NCBI GenBank assembly: GCA_913050095.1
Contig: CAJXAV010000002.1
Coordinates: 4,797-68,796, forward strand
Direction: 5' to 3'
Origin: an uncultured Gammaproteobacteria bacterium
GTDB lineage: Bacteria; Pseudomonadota; Gammaproteobacteria; Poriferisulfidales; GCA-002705445
DNA: 64,000 bases
Part shown: positions 50,551-64,000 of the stretch, piece by piece
How the letters are laid out: each line of letters opens with the position of its first letter
How positions within the stretch are numbered: the stretch's first letter is position 1
The notes under the pieces: generated by a model
What the model was told of the DNA's origin: nothing
Seen by the model: the letters and a program-made list of their open reading frames with translations, nothing else
The model's database searches: none
Program-made: the position numbers and the translations under genes

Positions 50551-53349
50551 TTGAGATTAACAAATATTAGAATTTCTGGTTTTAAATCTTTCGTAGATAA
50601 AACCGAGATATCCTTATCAGAAAAAAGGACGGGTATAATTGGTCCAAATGGCTGTGGTAAATCAAATATTATCGATGCAGTTAAATGGGTTCTTGGAGAA
50701 ACATCCAAGCATATTCGTGGTGATAGCATTGATGACGTAATTTTTAATGGTACAGATACCAGAAAACCAAATGATTATGCAAACGTTGAATTATTATTTT
50801 CTAATACCGAGAACAGAATTGGCGGTCAATATGCACAATATGATGAAATATCAGTAAAAAGAGAAGTAACAAGAGACGGGGCTTCAAAGTATTTTTTAAA
50901 TAACACACATTGCAGAAGAAGAGATATTCTAGATATTTTTTTAGGAACTGGCTTGGGCCCAAAAAGTTACGCAATTATAAATCAGGGAACAGCCTCAAGA
51001 CTTATAGAATCAAAGCCAGAAGAGTTTAGAGTTTATTTAGAAGAGGTAGCTGGAATTTCAAAGTATAGAGAAAGAAAGAGAGAGACAGAAAATAAAATAA
51101 ATCATACAAAAGAAAATTTAGATAGATTAAATGATGTAATTAGTGAGGTTTCTAAGCAATTAAAAACCTTAGAAAGACAAGCAATACAGGCAGATAAATA
51201 TAAAAAATTATCAGAAGAAAAAAAATCAGTTAAATCAGAAATTTTGGCAATAAGTATAAGAGATTTTCAAGAGAAAATTGAAAATAAAAATATAAAAATA
51301 GAAACGAAGAAGACAAAATTAGAAAAAAAACAGTCAGAAATAAATAATATAAGTGCACAAATTGAAAAAAATAAAATAAACTATCAATCTAGTAATGAGG
51401 AGATGAATAAAATACAAAAGGATTACTATGATGCATTAAGTGAAGTTGGAAGGACCGAGCAAGCTATAGAATATGAAAAAGATGGTGTAGAAAGGAACAA
51501 GCAGCAATATCAGAATGCTTTAGAATCAATAGAAAAAATAAGATTAAAATTAAACAATGATAATGATCAATTAATAAAGCAAAAAAAAGATATTGAGGTT
51601 TTGGAAGCTAAGAAAATTGAAAGTAAAAATAAGATTTCTGATACAGAAGATAGTAAAAAAATTATAGATGGTAAAATAAGTAGTAAAAAACAATCTCTTG
51701 AAGACGATAAAAAAAATCTGTTTGAGTCAAAACAAAAAATAAAAAGTGGTAAAGAAAAAACAGAAAGTTATCAGAACGATATTAGTAGAATAAATAATAG
51801 CATTGAAGAATATTCCAATACTTCACAAAAAATCTTAACAGAACTAAAGAAAATAGAATCATACGAACTAGATATTAAAATAAAAGAGTACGAAAATGAA
51901 ACTGATGAATTTTATTCATTATCGAAGAATAAAATTGATGATAGTTTGATTAAAAGCTCCAAAAAAATTAGTGATATTTTAGCAAGTATTAGAGATATAG
52001 TTAAAACTATTCAATCAAATGAATATGAATTAGCAAAAAAAAATGAACAAATTAAATCTGATATCGATGACAAGATCATTTCTGAGACCAATAGGTTGAA
52101 GGAAATAACACTGAATTTAGAAAGTATACATAATGAAATTAAAATTTCTTTGTCAGAGGTTGATAATTTAGATAAAACTATCATTGAAAAAGATAAAGAA
52201 ATTATAAATTTAGAAGAGAATTATAGTGAACTTCAAAAATTGTATGAACAAGAAAAAAATATTCTTTATAATTTGGAATTGAGTATTGAGACAAATAAGG
52301 TTCAAATAAATAATTTAATATCAAATATAGATTTAAACAATAGTGAATTAGAGTCTATGTCTGGAAATATTGAAATTTTAAAAAATAATACAAGTTCTCC
52401 AGACAATAAATTAACTGATTTGGAAAAAATACTTAACGAAAATTTAAAAGTTCAAAATATTAAGGATACTGAATTAAAAAAAATACGATCTGATATCACT
52501 GATCTTTCTGACAAAATATCGTTATTAGAAAATAATAAATCTGATATTCTCAGTAGCTTAGAAAATTTGAGATATGAAATATCAGAAGACGAGAAAAATA
52601 TTCAAGAAACAGTTGGTCAGGTAAAGGTTATTAAAGAGCAGCTTCAGGAATTAGGATTTGATAATAAATCAATTCTTGACGCTGATATTGACTATGATTT
52701 ATCTCGATGGAAGAAGAGAGAGTCAGAACTTTCAAATATGATAGATAGAATGGGTCCAATTAATTTAGCTGCCATAGATCAGTTTAAAGAGTACGAAGAA
52801 AGAAAATCATATCTTACAATGCAAAAAGACGATTTATTATCAGCGTTAAATTCTTTAGAAGAGGCTATTAAAAAAATTGATAAAGATACAAAAGAAAGAT
52901 TTAAAGATACGTTTGAAAAAGTTGATAAAAAGTTACAAGAAATTTTCCCAAAACTTTTTAATGGTGGTAAAGCATATTTAAAAATGACTGAAAATGATCT
53001 GTTAAAAACAGGTGTCGCAGTTTATGCAAGTCCTCCTGGGAAAAAACTAACTTCCATAAATTTGTTATCTGGTGGAGAAAAAGCACTAACAGCACTATCG
53101 CTTGTTTTTGCTTTATTCTCGTTAAATCCGTCACCTTTTTGTATGTTGGATGAAGTAGATGCTCCATTAGACGATGCCAACATAGAAAGATTTTGCAATT
53201 TATTTACAGAAATGAGTGAAAAAATTCAATTTATTGTCATTACACATAAAAAAATAACTATGGAATATGTAGAACAATTAATAGGTGTTACAATGGGAGA
53301 GAAGGGAGTTTCAAAATTGGTAAATGTGAGTATGAAAGAGGAATCATAA
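50551..53349 (+). CDS. smc: Chromosome partition protein SMC (compact, 932 aa)
   Basis: TTG start with an upstream AAGGAAAGG RBS. N-terminus NIRISGFKSF..GPNGCGKSN. C-terminus LSGGEKALTALSLVFALF and LDEVDAPLD. Confidence 0.85.
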   Translation: MRLTNIRISGFKSFVDKTEISLSEKRTGIIGPNGCGKSNIIDAVKWVLGETSKHIRGDSIDDVIFNGTDTRKPNDYANVELLFSNTENRIGGQYAQYDEISVKREVTRDGASKYFLNNTHCRRRDILDIFLGTGLGPKSYAIINQGTASRLIESKPEEFRVYLEEVAGISKYRERKRETENKINHTKENLDRLNDVISEVSKQLKTLERQAIQADKYKKLSEEKKSVKSEILAISIRDFQEKIENKNIKIETKKTKLEKKQSEINNISAQIEKNKINYQSSNEEMNKIQKDYYDALSEVGRTEQAIEYEKDGVERNKQQYQNALESIEKIRLKLNNDNDQLIKQKKDIEVLEAKKIESKNKISDTEDSKKIIDGKISSKKQSLEDDKKNLFESKQKIKSGKEKTESYQNDISRINNSIEEYSNTSQKILTELKKIESYELDIKIKEYENETDEFYSLSKNKIDDSLIKSSKKISDILASIRDIVKTIQSNEYELAKKNEQIKSDIDDKIISETNRLKEITLNLESIHNEIKISLSEVDNLDKTIIEKDKEIINLEENYSELQKLYEQEKNILYNLELSIETNKVQINNLISNIDLNNSELESMSGNIEILKNNTSSPDNKLTDLEKILNENLKVQNIKDTELKKIRSDITDLSDKISLLENNKSDILSSLENLRYEISEDEKNIQETVGQVKVIKEQLQELGFDNKSILDADIDYDLSRWKKRESELSNMIDRMGPINLAAIDQFKEYEERKSYLTMQKDDLLSALNSLEEAIKKIDKDTKERFKDTFEKVDKKLQEIFPKLFNGGKAYLKMTENDLLKTGVAVYASPPGKKLTSINLLSGGEKALTALSLVFALFSLNPSPFCMLDEVDAPLDDANIERFCNLFTEMSEKIQFIVITHKKITMEYVEQLIGVTMGEKGVSKLVNVSMKEES

Positions 53350-53369
53350 ATTTATAGGTTGTAATTGAT

Positions 53370-56855
<3,486 letters not shown>

Positions 56856-57635
56856 ATGTTAGAGGAAAGAAATCATATGCTAGTTGTTATATCACCAGCC
56901 AAAAAATTAGATGAAAATTGCGACAAAAATTTAATAAATAAATTTACAATGCCATCATATTTAGAGAATTCAAAAAAAATCATAAAAGTTTTGAGAGAAT
57001 ATTCTACAGGTAATTTATCAAAATTAATGAATATTAGTGAAAAAATATCTATTTTAAATTATGACAGATATATAAAATGGTCCTTGCCATTCAATAAAAA
57101 TAATTCATACCAAGCTTTACTATTATTTCAAGGAGATGTTTACAAAGGTATATCAGCTTCAGATTTTAAAGAGGAAGATTTTGTATTTGCTCAAAAATCA
57201 TTGAGAATTTTATCAGGATTATATGGCATATTAAAACCCTTAGATTTAATTCAACCATATAGATTAGAAATGGGCACACAATTAAAAATTGGTAAACATA
57301 ATAATTTATATGACTTGTGGAAAGATGAAATAACAAAAGAAATCAATAATGATAAAAATAGTGATTACCTAATAAACCTTGCCTCTGTTGAATATTTTAA
57401 ATCAATAAATACTGAAAAACTTAAGTCAAAACTTATAAACATTAATTTCAAAGAAAAAAAGGATGGTAATTTTAAAACTATTGGAATTCACGCAAAAAAA
57501 GCACGAGGTCTAATGAGTAGATATATAATAAAAAATAAGATCACAAAGCCAATTGAGCTTAAAAAATTTAACACAAACGGTTATAAGTTTAATAAAACGC
57601 TTTCAACAGATTCTGATTGGGTCTTTACAAGGTAG
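56856..57635 (+). CDS. yaaA: YaaA/UPF0246 family (peroxide stress protein YaaA-like)
   Basis: MLVVISPAKKLDE is the DUF328 signature. Confidence 0.7.
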   Translation: MLEERNHMLVVISPAKKLDENCDKNLINKFTMPSYLENSKKIIKVLREYSTGNLSKLMNISEKISILNYDRYIKWSLPFNKNNSYQALLLFQGDVYKGISASDFKEEDFVFAQKSLRILSGLYGILKPLDLIQPYRLEMGTQLKIGKHNNLYDLWKDEITKEINNDKNSDYLINLASVEYFKSINTEKLKSKLININFKEKKDGNFKTIGIHAKKARGLMSRYIIKNKITKPIELKKFNTNGYKFNKTLSTDSDWVFTR

Positions 57636-57639
57636 TAAC

Positions 57640-58884
57640 TTGCATATTCATATTTTAGGCATTTGCGGAACATTTATGTCAGGCCTGGCAGGTCTCGCTG
57701 TAGAAAAAGGACATAAAGTTACAGGTCAAGATAAAGCATATTACCCGCCAATGTCATTACAATTAAATAAAATAGGAATTTCAGAGAATATAACGGAAAA
57801 AGTTACGGAAGATTTAAAAAATTGTGATGCAGTAATAATTGGTAATTCATTATCTCGTGGAAATGATTCAGTAGAATTCACACTCCAAAATAAAAAAAAA
57901 TATTTTTCTGGACCAGAATGGATAAGAAAATACATTTTAGATGATAAAATAGTATTCGTTGTAACAGGAACTCACGGCAAAACAACTACAACCTCAATGT
58001 TGATAAAAATTTTTCAAGATAATAATTTAAAACCATCTTATTTGTTAGGTGGTATTTATGAGGAAGAAAAAATTAGTTATAAGTATACAAACTCAAAATA
58101 TTTTATTATTGAAGGGGATGAATATGATACATCTTTTTTTGATAAAAGATCAAAATTTATCCATTATAAGCCGCATACATTGATTATAAATAATATCGAA
58201 TTTGATCATTCAGATATATTTGAAAATATTTACGAAATAAAAAAACAGTTTCATTATTTGTTAAGAACAATGTCTAAGAAGACAAATATCATATTTAAAA
58301 AAAATGATAAGAATATTGAAGATGTCCTAGCAATGGGTTGCTGGTCAAACAAAAAAAGTTTTAATAAAATTAACAAAGTAAAAAATATAGTAGGAGATCA
58401 TAATTTAGAGAATTGTGCTGCTGCCATGATAGCTGCTGAAACAATTGGTATAAGCAAAGAAGCATCATTATCAGCTTTAGAAGATTTTAAAGGTGTAAAA
58501 AGAAGATTAGAATTAGTTTGTAATAAGAACTTTATTTTATATGATGATTTTGCTCACCATCCAACAGCAATAAAAGCAACAATTTTAGCACTAAGACAAA
58601 AGTATCCAGGAAAGAAAATAAATGCTTATTTTGAAATTAGGTCTAATAGTATGATAGCTGGAACACATAAGGACTCATTCCTTGATGCATTTAAAGAAGC
58701 AGATAATTTATTTATATACTGCTCAAAAAATATTGAATGGATCGAAAAATTTAAAAACATTAAAAAATATTGCGATATAGACGCCATTGCAAATGATATT
58801 CTGTTAAGTACAGAAAATGTTGATATTGTTATTTTAATGTCGAACGGTGATACTACTAACATAATTAATAAGTTAACAAAATAA
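57640..58884 (+). CDS. mpl: UDP-N-acetylmuramate:L-alanyl-gamma-D-glutamyl-meso-diaminopimelate ligase
   Basis: TTG start giving HIHILGICGTFMSGLAGLA (E. coli Mpl begins MRIHILGICGTFMGGLA). Mur ligase motif GTHGKTTTT. Confidence 0.8.
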   Translation: MHIHILGICGTFMSGLAGLAVEKGHKVTGQDKAYYPPMSLQLNKIGISENITEKVTEDLKNCDAVIIGNSLSRGNDSVEFTLQNKKKYFSGPEWIRKYILDDKIVFVVTGTHGKTTTTSMLIKIFQDNNLKPSYLLGGIYEEEKISYKYTNSKYFIIEGDEYDTSFFDKRSKFIHYKPHTLIINNIEFDHSDIFENIYEIKKQFHYLLRTMSKKTNIIFKKNDKNIEDVLAMGCWSNKKSFNKINKVKNIVGDHNLENCAAAMIAAETIGISKEASLSALEDFKGVKRRLELVCNKNFILYDDFAHHPTAIKATILALRQKYPGKKINAYFEIRSNSMIAGTHKDSFLDAFKEADNLFIYCSKNIEWIEKFKNIKKYCDIDAIANDILLSTENVDIVILMSNGDTTNIINKLTK

Positions 58885-59456
58885 TGACAACAAATATCCC
58901 AATATTTCCCTTAAGTTCAATTACTTTTCCAGGTGGATATATGCCCTTGAGAATTTTTGAAACAAGATATCTTGATATGGTTAAGAACTGTGTAAAAAAT
59001 AATACAGGATTTGGTATTTCTCTATCTAATAATAATGAAAGTGGATTTTATGATGTGGGAACATATTGTAAAATAGCAGATTGGGAACAAATGACAGATG
59101 GTCTACTCGGTATTACTATTAGAGGGAAATATAGATTTAAAATATTAAGTTCTAGCATACAAAAAGATAATTTGATTACTGCTGATATCGAAAGTATGGA
59201 CGAACCAAAATTTGTTGATGTTCCAAAAGAACTTATGCCTTATTCAGATTTTTTAAAAAATATTCTCGAGCAATATCCAAAATTTTATCATGATGATGCC
59301 CCTAAATACTTTACAGAATCTGGGTGGGTTGGTTCAAGACTTGCTGAAATCCTTCCAATGCCAACTAAGGATAAGCAAGTAATTTTAGAAACAGAAGACT
59401 ATTTAGTAAGACTATATAAAATTAAAGATTTTATTGATTCCAAAAGAACTATTTAG
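58884..59456 (+). CDS. LON N-terminal substrate-binding domain protein
   Basis: IPIFPLSSITFPGGYMPLRIFETRYLDMV is the Lon N-domain signature. Confidence 0.65.
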   Translation: MTTNIPIFPLSSITFPGGYMPLRIFETRYLDMVKNCVKNNTGFGISLSNNNESGFYDVGTYCKIADWEQMTDGLLGITIRGKYRFKILSSSIQKDNLITADIESMDEPKFVDVPKELMPYSDFLKNILEQYPKFYHDDAPKYFTESGWVGSRLAEILPMPTKDKQVILETEDYLVRLYKIKDFIDSKRTI

Positions 59457-60759
59457 AATTTAAATAGTTACTAAGAATTTTGAAAGATTCCTCTGCTGCT
59501 TTAATCGTGAGATTTATATCTTTCATTGTATGGCTGCTAGATATAAATCCAGCTTCAAAAGATGATGGTGCAAAGTAAATACCTTTACCAAGCATTAAAT
59601 TAAAAAATATTTGAAAAATTTTATCATTACAATTATTTACATCTTCAAAATTTTCAATATTATTTTTTTCCGTAAAAAAGAATCCAAACATCCCTCCGAC
59701 ATAATTAATTTGAAAAGGAATATTATACTTATCAGCTGATTTTTTTAAGCCAAGCATAAGAATTGATAGTTTTTTTTCTAAATTTTTATGAAAGTTCTTT
59801 CTTGATAAAATTTCAATAGTTTTTATACCTGCACTCATGGCTGCTGGATTTCCAGAAAGTGTACCTGCATGATATATTGGACCAACTGGCGATACTTGAT
59901 CCATATATTTCTTTTTTCCGCCAAATACTCCAACTGGCATACCACCACCAACAATTTTTCCTAAAGTAGTAATGTCTGGTTTTATTTTATAAATTTCTTG
60001 AGCGCCTCCTTTAGCAACCCGAAAACCTGTCATTACCTCATCAAATATTAGAAGTGAATTATATTTATTGCATAGTGTCCTAATTTTTTTTATGAACTTC
60101 TTATTTGGAATAACGCAATTCATATTACCTGCAATTGGTTCTATAATTACGCAAGCAATTTTATTTGCATTTTTTATAAAACATTTTTCAAGATCATCAA
60201 TATTATTATACTTCAATGTAAAAGTATGTTTTGTTAAATCTTTAGGTATTCCAGGTGAGGAGGGGACACCGAATGTTGCAGAGCCTGATCCAGCTTTAAC
60301 AAGTAATGAATCTACATGACCATGATAACAACCTTCAAATTTTATAATTTTATCTCTATTAGTCACTCCTCTTGCTAGCCTAATCGCGCTCATCGTAGCT
60401 TCAGTGCCAGAACTCGTCATTCTCATTTTTTCCATTGATGGAAAATTTTTCTTTATAAGTTTTGCAAGTTTAGTTTCTAATAGTGTTGGAGCTCCAAAGC
60501 TAGTGCTATTCTTTATTACTTTTTCAATTGATTTTATTACAGTTTCATTAGCGTGACCAAGTATCATTGGTCCCCATGAGCCTATATAGTCAATATATTT
60601 GTTATCATCAAGATCATATATATATGCTCCTTTTCCTTTTTTTATAAAAACAGGTAGCGAATTTACGCTTTTAAAAGCTCGTACCGGTGAATTGACACCA
60701 CCAGGTATAATTTTAGATGAATCTAAAAAAGCTTTTTTTGAATTATTATTTTTTCTCAT
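59449..60759 (-). CDS. hemL: Glutamate-1-semialdehyde 2,1-aminomutase
   Basis: GGVNSPVRAFKSV; PLP-Lys region. Start trimmed to the internal ATG (MRKNNN...). Confidence 0.85.
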   Translation of the reverse strand: MRKNNNSKKAFLDSSKIIPGGVNSPVRAFKSVNSLPVFIKKGKGAYIYDLDDNKYIDYIGSWGPMILGHANETVIKSIEKVIKNSTSFGAPTLLETKLAKLIKKNFPSMEKMRMTSSGTEATMSAIRLARGVTNRDKIIKFEGCYHGHVDSLLVKAGSGSATFGVPSSPGIPKDLTKHTFTLKYNNIDDLEKCFIKNANKIACVIIEPIAGNMNCVIPNKKFIKKIRTLCNKYNSLLIFDEVMTGFRVAKGGAQEIYKIKPDITTLGKIVGGGMPVGVFGGKKKYMDQVSPVGPIYHAGTLSGNPAAMSAGIKTIEILSRKNFHKNLEKKLSILMLGLKKSADKYNIPFQINYVGGMFGFFFTEKNNIENFEDVNNCNDKIFQIFFNLMLGKGIYFAPSSFEAGFISSSHTMKDINLTIKAAEESFKILSNYLNSK

Positions 60760-61354
60760 AATACACACTAGTAATATTTTTAACTTTAATATTAGATGAT
60801 AACCCGTTTGAAATAGCAATTAAATCAGAATTTAATTTGATTACTTCTAAAATGTTATTTTCATTTATACCACCAATTAAACATATTGGAATATTTAATA
60901 TACTCTTAGCCTTATGAAATACACTTATATCAAGTTTTGTAGCATCTAATTTTGTAGAGGTATTATATAAGCTTCCAAAAGACACATAGGATGCATTATA
61001 TTTAGTAGCAGTAATAGCTCTATCAAAATTACTGTAACAAGAAACGCCAATAATTTTTTTATCACCTAAAAAATTTCTACAATCAATTAAATCTTTGTCA
61101 TTTTTTCCAATATGAACACCATCAAGTTGCAAGTCTTTAACTAATTCAACATTATCATTCAAAATTAGAGTGCAATTATAAAGTGTGCATAACTTTTGAA
61201 TCTTCAAAATTGTACTAATAATTTTTTTATTAAAATTAGACTTAATTCTAATTTGAAATATTTTAATTTTAAAAGAAATCATTTTTTTAACGTGATTTTC
61301 TAAGTAATCAAAATTAAAATTTTTCTCATCAAGAATTGCATAAATACCTTTCAT
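60746..61354 (-). CDS. thiE: Thiamine-phosphate synthase
   Basis: GIYAILDE...DGVHIGKND..IGVSCY. Confidence 0.8.
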   Translation of the reverse strand: MKGIYAILDEKNFNFDYLENHVKKMISFKIKIFQIRIKSNFNKKIISTILKIQKLCTLYNCTLILNDNVELVKDLQLDGVHIGKNDKDLIDCRNFLGDKKIIGVSCYSNFDRAITATKYNASYVSFGSLYNTSTKLDATKLDISVFHKAKSILNIPICLIGGINENNILEVIKLNSDLIAISNGLSSNIKVKNITSVYYEKK

Positions 61355-62116
61355 CTAGTTACATTTCCTGTTTAAAAAAGATTGTTTTTTTCCATTTAAA
61401 GACGAATTTAATATAACCTTTTTCATATAAGATAAGGATATTTTAATAGAATCATCAATACTTTTTTTTAAACCAATATTGCAAGCAATTGATGTGGAAA
61501 AAGTACATCCAGTCCCATGAAAAACCTTTCTAACCTTATTCGTTGAATAATTTTTTATATTTTTATTGTTATTTAATAAATGTAAATAAATTTTTTTAGT
61601 ATTTTTTTTATAATCGGTAATTAAAATATTTTTTATATTTTTCTGAAAAAATTCTTCGTTTCCTTTTTTTAAAAATTTATATTCTTTGATATTTGGTGTA
61701 ATAATTTCAGATACAGGTAAAATTTTTTTAACAATAAATTCCAAATTATTTTTTGGCGATAGGATTTTATTATTTCCTGATTTTATAATTGGATCTACAA
61801 TTATTGGCACCTTATTCAGCTTTTTATGTTGCAGAATAGAAAAAACTTCTTTTGATATGTTAATGTTTGGCAATAGACCAATCTTTACTACATCTATAGA
61901 AAATTCTTTTATAATTTCCTTAAAGCAATTTATTAAATAATTATCTGGCATTTTATTTATTTTTGTAAACTTACTTGTATTTTGAATTGTTGTGCATGAC
62001 AAAATTGATATTGCATGAAAATTATAATTCTGTGCAGTCTCAATATCAGCTGTAATTCCGGCACCACCTGTTGGGTCATGCCCTCCAATTAATAATATTA
62101 CTTTTTTTTTAGTCAT
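61355..62116 (-). CDS. thiD: Hydroxymethylpyrimidine/phosphomethylpyrimidine kinase
   Basis: ILLIGGHDPTGGAGITADIET. Confidence 0.8.
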   Translation of the reverse strand: MTKKKVILLIGGHDPTGGAGITADIETAQNYNFHAISILSCTTIQNTSKFTKINKMPDNYLINCFKEIIKEFSIDVVKIGLLPNINISKEVFSILQHKKLNKVPIIVDPIIKSGNNKILSPKNNLEFIVKKILPVSEIITPNIKEYKFLKKGNEEFFQKNIKNILITDYKKNTKKIYLHLLNNNKNIKNYSTNKVRKVFHGTGCTFSTSIACNIGLKKSIDDSIKISLSYMKKVILNSSLNGKKQSFLNRKCN

Positions 62117-62205
62117 TTATTTAATATTAATATAATATATTTTCTATCTTTATTTATAGTATAGTATAGCTAGTAAATTTTTGATAAATAATTCTGGAGT
62201 ATTCT

Positions 62206-63111
62206 ATGAAAGCTGTTATTTGCGGTTCTTTTGCGTATGATAATATTTTAAAATTTGAAGGTAAATTTGAAGATCATTTGATTGGCTCTGAGCTAAATAA
62301 TGTTAATGTTTCTTTTTTATGCACAGAGATGAGAAGAGAATTTGGAGGTTGCGCTGGAAATATAATATACAATGTTTCTATCATTGGAGGTAGTGCTTTT
62401 GCTGTAGGTGCACTTGGTAAAGATGCTCAGCCATATATAGATTGGATGAAATCAAAAAATATTACAACAGAGTTCATAAAAACTTTTGAAGATAGTTACA
62501 CAGCGCAGGCCTACATTACAACAGATTTAAATGCTAACCAGATTACAACTTTTCATCCTGGTGCTATGCAATATTCGAATTTAATAAAAATTCCGGATGA
62601 TGGGTCAGTAACACTTGGTTTAATATCACCAGATGGAAGAGAAGGGATGATAGACCATACAAAACAATTAATAGATATGAATGTTCCATATATTTTTGAC
62701 CCTGGACAAGGTATGCCCATGTTCAATAAAGAAGAACTGAAGTTTTTTACTGAAAATTCTTTATGGACGGTAATGAATGATTATGAATTTAAAATGTTTA
62801 ATGAAGTTACTGGTTTAACTCCATCTGATATTTCGAAAAATAATAAAAATTTAATTATTACAGATGGCGAAAATGGGTCAAGTATATTTACATCAAGTGA
62901 AAAATTGATTATCCCAACTCCAAAAGTAAATGATCCTAAAGATCCAACTGGTTGTGGTGATGCATATAGAGCTGGAATTATATATGGGATCATGAATGAT
63001 ATGCCCTTGGAAAAAATTGGTGAATTATCATCAAAGTTAGGCGCTTTAAAAGTTAAAAGCTTTGGCACACAAAACCATAAAATTGATGACGAGATTAAAA
63101 AGTTATTATGA
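62206..63111 (+). CDS. PfkB-family carbohydrate/nucleoside kinase
   Basis: PfkB signature DPTGCGDAYRAG near the C-terminus. Confidence 0.6.
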   Translation: MKAVICGSFAYDNILKFEGKFEDHLIGSELNNVNVSFLCTEMRREFGGCAGNIIYNVSIIGGSAFAVGALGKDAQPYIDWMKSKNITTEFIKTFEDSYTAQAYITTDLNANQITTFHPGAMQYSNLIKIPDDGSVTLGLISPDGREGMIDHTKQLIDMNVPYIFDPGQGMPMFNKEELKFFTENSLWTVMNDYEFKMFNEVTGLTPSDISKNNKNLIITDGENGSSIFTSSEKLIIPTPKVNDPKDPTGCGDAYRAGIIYGIMNDMPLEKIGELSSKLGALKVKSFGTQNHKIDDEIKKLL

Positions 63112-63768
63112 CTATCTTAAGCTTATAATTTCCCATTTATTTTTATTTGCAACTTTTTTTAATTTATCATCAGGATCAACTGCAATGGGTTTTGTGCAAT
63201 ATTCCATTAATTTAATATCATTATGAGAGTCTGTGTAAAAATAAATATCTTTATAATTGTTAAAACTATTTAGTTTTATCCAGTCTTTAACTTTTGATAC
63301 TTTGCCTTCTTGATAGCATGGATATCCTTCAAGCCTACCTGTAAATTTGTTATCAATAAATTCTGGCTCACTTGCAAGAAGATGACTAATTTTGAAAAAT
63401 TCAGCAGAGATTTTTGAAATAAATGAATTTGTAGATGTAACAATGGCTAATATATCATTGTTGTTAATATGATAGTTTACAAGTTCAATTGCTTTTGGAA
63501 GTATCAATGGGTATATTTTTTCTTTAAAAAATCTTTTTCTCAATATTTTTAAATCATTGTAGCTAAATTTTGTTAGTGGTTGATATGAAAATTGGGCAAA
63601 TTCTCTAGGACATAGAGTTCCATTTTTGTATTGCTCAAAAAACATATTGTTTTTTTCTTTATAAGATATTGGGTCAACATAATTATTATCAACCAAAAAA
63701 TTACCCCATTCGTGATCGCTATCACCGCTAATAAGAGTATTATCTAAATCAAATAGAGCTATATTCAT
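63112..63768 (-). CDS. HAD-superfamily subfamily IB hydrolase (SerB-like)
   Basis: MNIALFDLDNTLISGDSD, HAD motif I. Confidence 0.6.
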   Translation of the reverse strand: MNIALFDLDNTLISGDSDHEWGNFLVDNNYVDPISYKEKNNMFFEQYKNGTLCPREFAQFSYQPLTKFSYNDLKILRKRFFKEKIYPLILPKAIELVNYHINNNDILAIVTSTNSFISKISAEFFKISHLLASEPEFIDNKFTGRLEGYPCYQEGKVSKVKDWIKLNSFNNYKDIYFYTDSHNDIKLMEYCTKPIAVDPDDKLKKVANKNKWEIISLR

Positions 63769-63832
63769 AATGTTTATTTTATAGCATAACTAATATAATA
63801 TATATTTTTAATTTAAATTTATCGATTTTGTT

Positions 63833-64000
63833 ATGATTGACAAAGATGGTTATAGAGAAAATGTTGGAATCATATTATGTAATTCAAAAAATAAATTATT
63901 AGTATGTAAAAGGCATAAAGAAAATTCATGGCAATTTCCTCAAGGTGGATTCGAGAAAGACGAGAATTCTGAATCCGCTATGTATAGGGAGTTATTTGAA
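63833..64000 (+). CDS. rppH: RNA pyrophosphohydrolase RppH (NudH), 3' end truncated by the window edge
   Basis: [17 protein letters not shown]...SWQFPQGG...AMYRELFE matches the RppH N-terminus and the start of the Nudix box. Confidence 0.7.
   Translation, partial: MIDKDGYRENVGIILCNSKNKLLVCKRHKENSWQFPQGGFEKDENSESAMYRELFE

Noticed and set aside
50487-50729. 80-aa ORF on the minus strand overlapping the smc start and the queF-smc intergenic region.
   Set aside because: It overlaps the strongly supported smc N-terminus (NIRISGFKSF...GPNGCGKSN) and has no recognisable features. It is a likely artefact.

Overview
Organism and layout: the window is very AT-rich (about 30% GC by eye, no exact count made) and is densely coding. 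Positions 32.4-64 kb carry a conserved core block: queA-tgt-yajC-secD-secF, divergent suhB, then trmJ-iscR-iscS-iscU-iscA-hscB-hscA-fdx-iscX-ndk-rodZ-hisS-yfgM-bamB-der, queF, smc-zipA-ligA, lpxA, yaaA, mpl, hemL, thiE, thiD, rppH. This gene order is that of Gammaproteobacteria (E. coli and Pseudomonas), so I read the window as a streamlined, AT-rich, probably marine gammaproteobacterium. I make no strain assignment.

Accessory region: positions 1-32.3 kb are one large accessory glycan-biosynthesis island, most likely an O-polysaccharide or glycan-modification locus. From the sequence I can support the following components:
- An O-antigen ligase-like gene (truncated at the window edge) followed by Wzm/Wzt ABC exporter genes.
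- A complete GDP-D-glycero-D-manno-heptose pathway: gmhA, hddA, and an hddC-gmhB fusion.
- A GMD/DmhA-like 4,6-dehydratase, a ColD/E1-type 3-dehydratase (the PLP lysine appears replaced by His-His), and three Fcl-like epimerase/reductases.
- A pyruvate-dehydrogenase-type TPP E1 alpha/beta pair embedded among the sugar genes.
- At least four PhyH-like Fe(II)/2OG oxygenase-like proteins, one of them fused to a SAM methyltransferase.
- Two further SAM methyltransferases.
- Three divergent paralogs of an uncharacterised GT-A-like family.
- A classical GT2.
- A putative lipid-carrier periplasmic glycosylation module: a polyprenyl-phosphate GT2, two MprF-like flippase-domain proteins and two large GT-C-like membrane proteins.
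- A protein with an apparently domain-swapped Rieske oxygenase.

Negative results: no tRNA, rRNA, CRISPR, IS element or integrase is recognisable. The most novel content is the island's sugar-tailoring chemistry (3-dehydrase, TPP E1 alpha/beta, oxygenases, permuted Rieske), the triplicated GT-A-like family, and the duplicated flippase/GT-C module.
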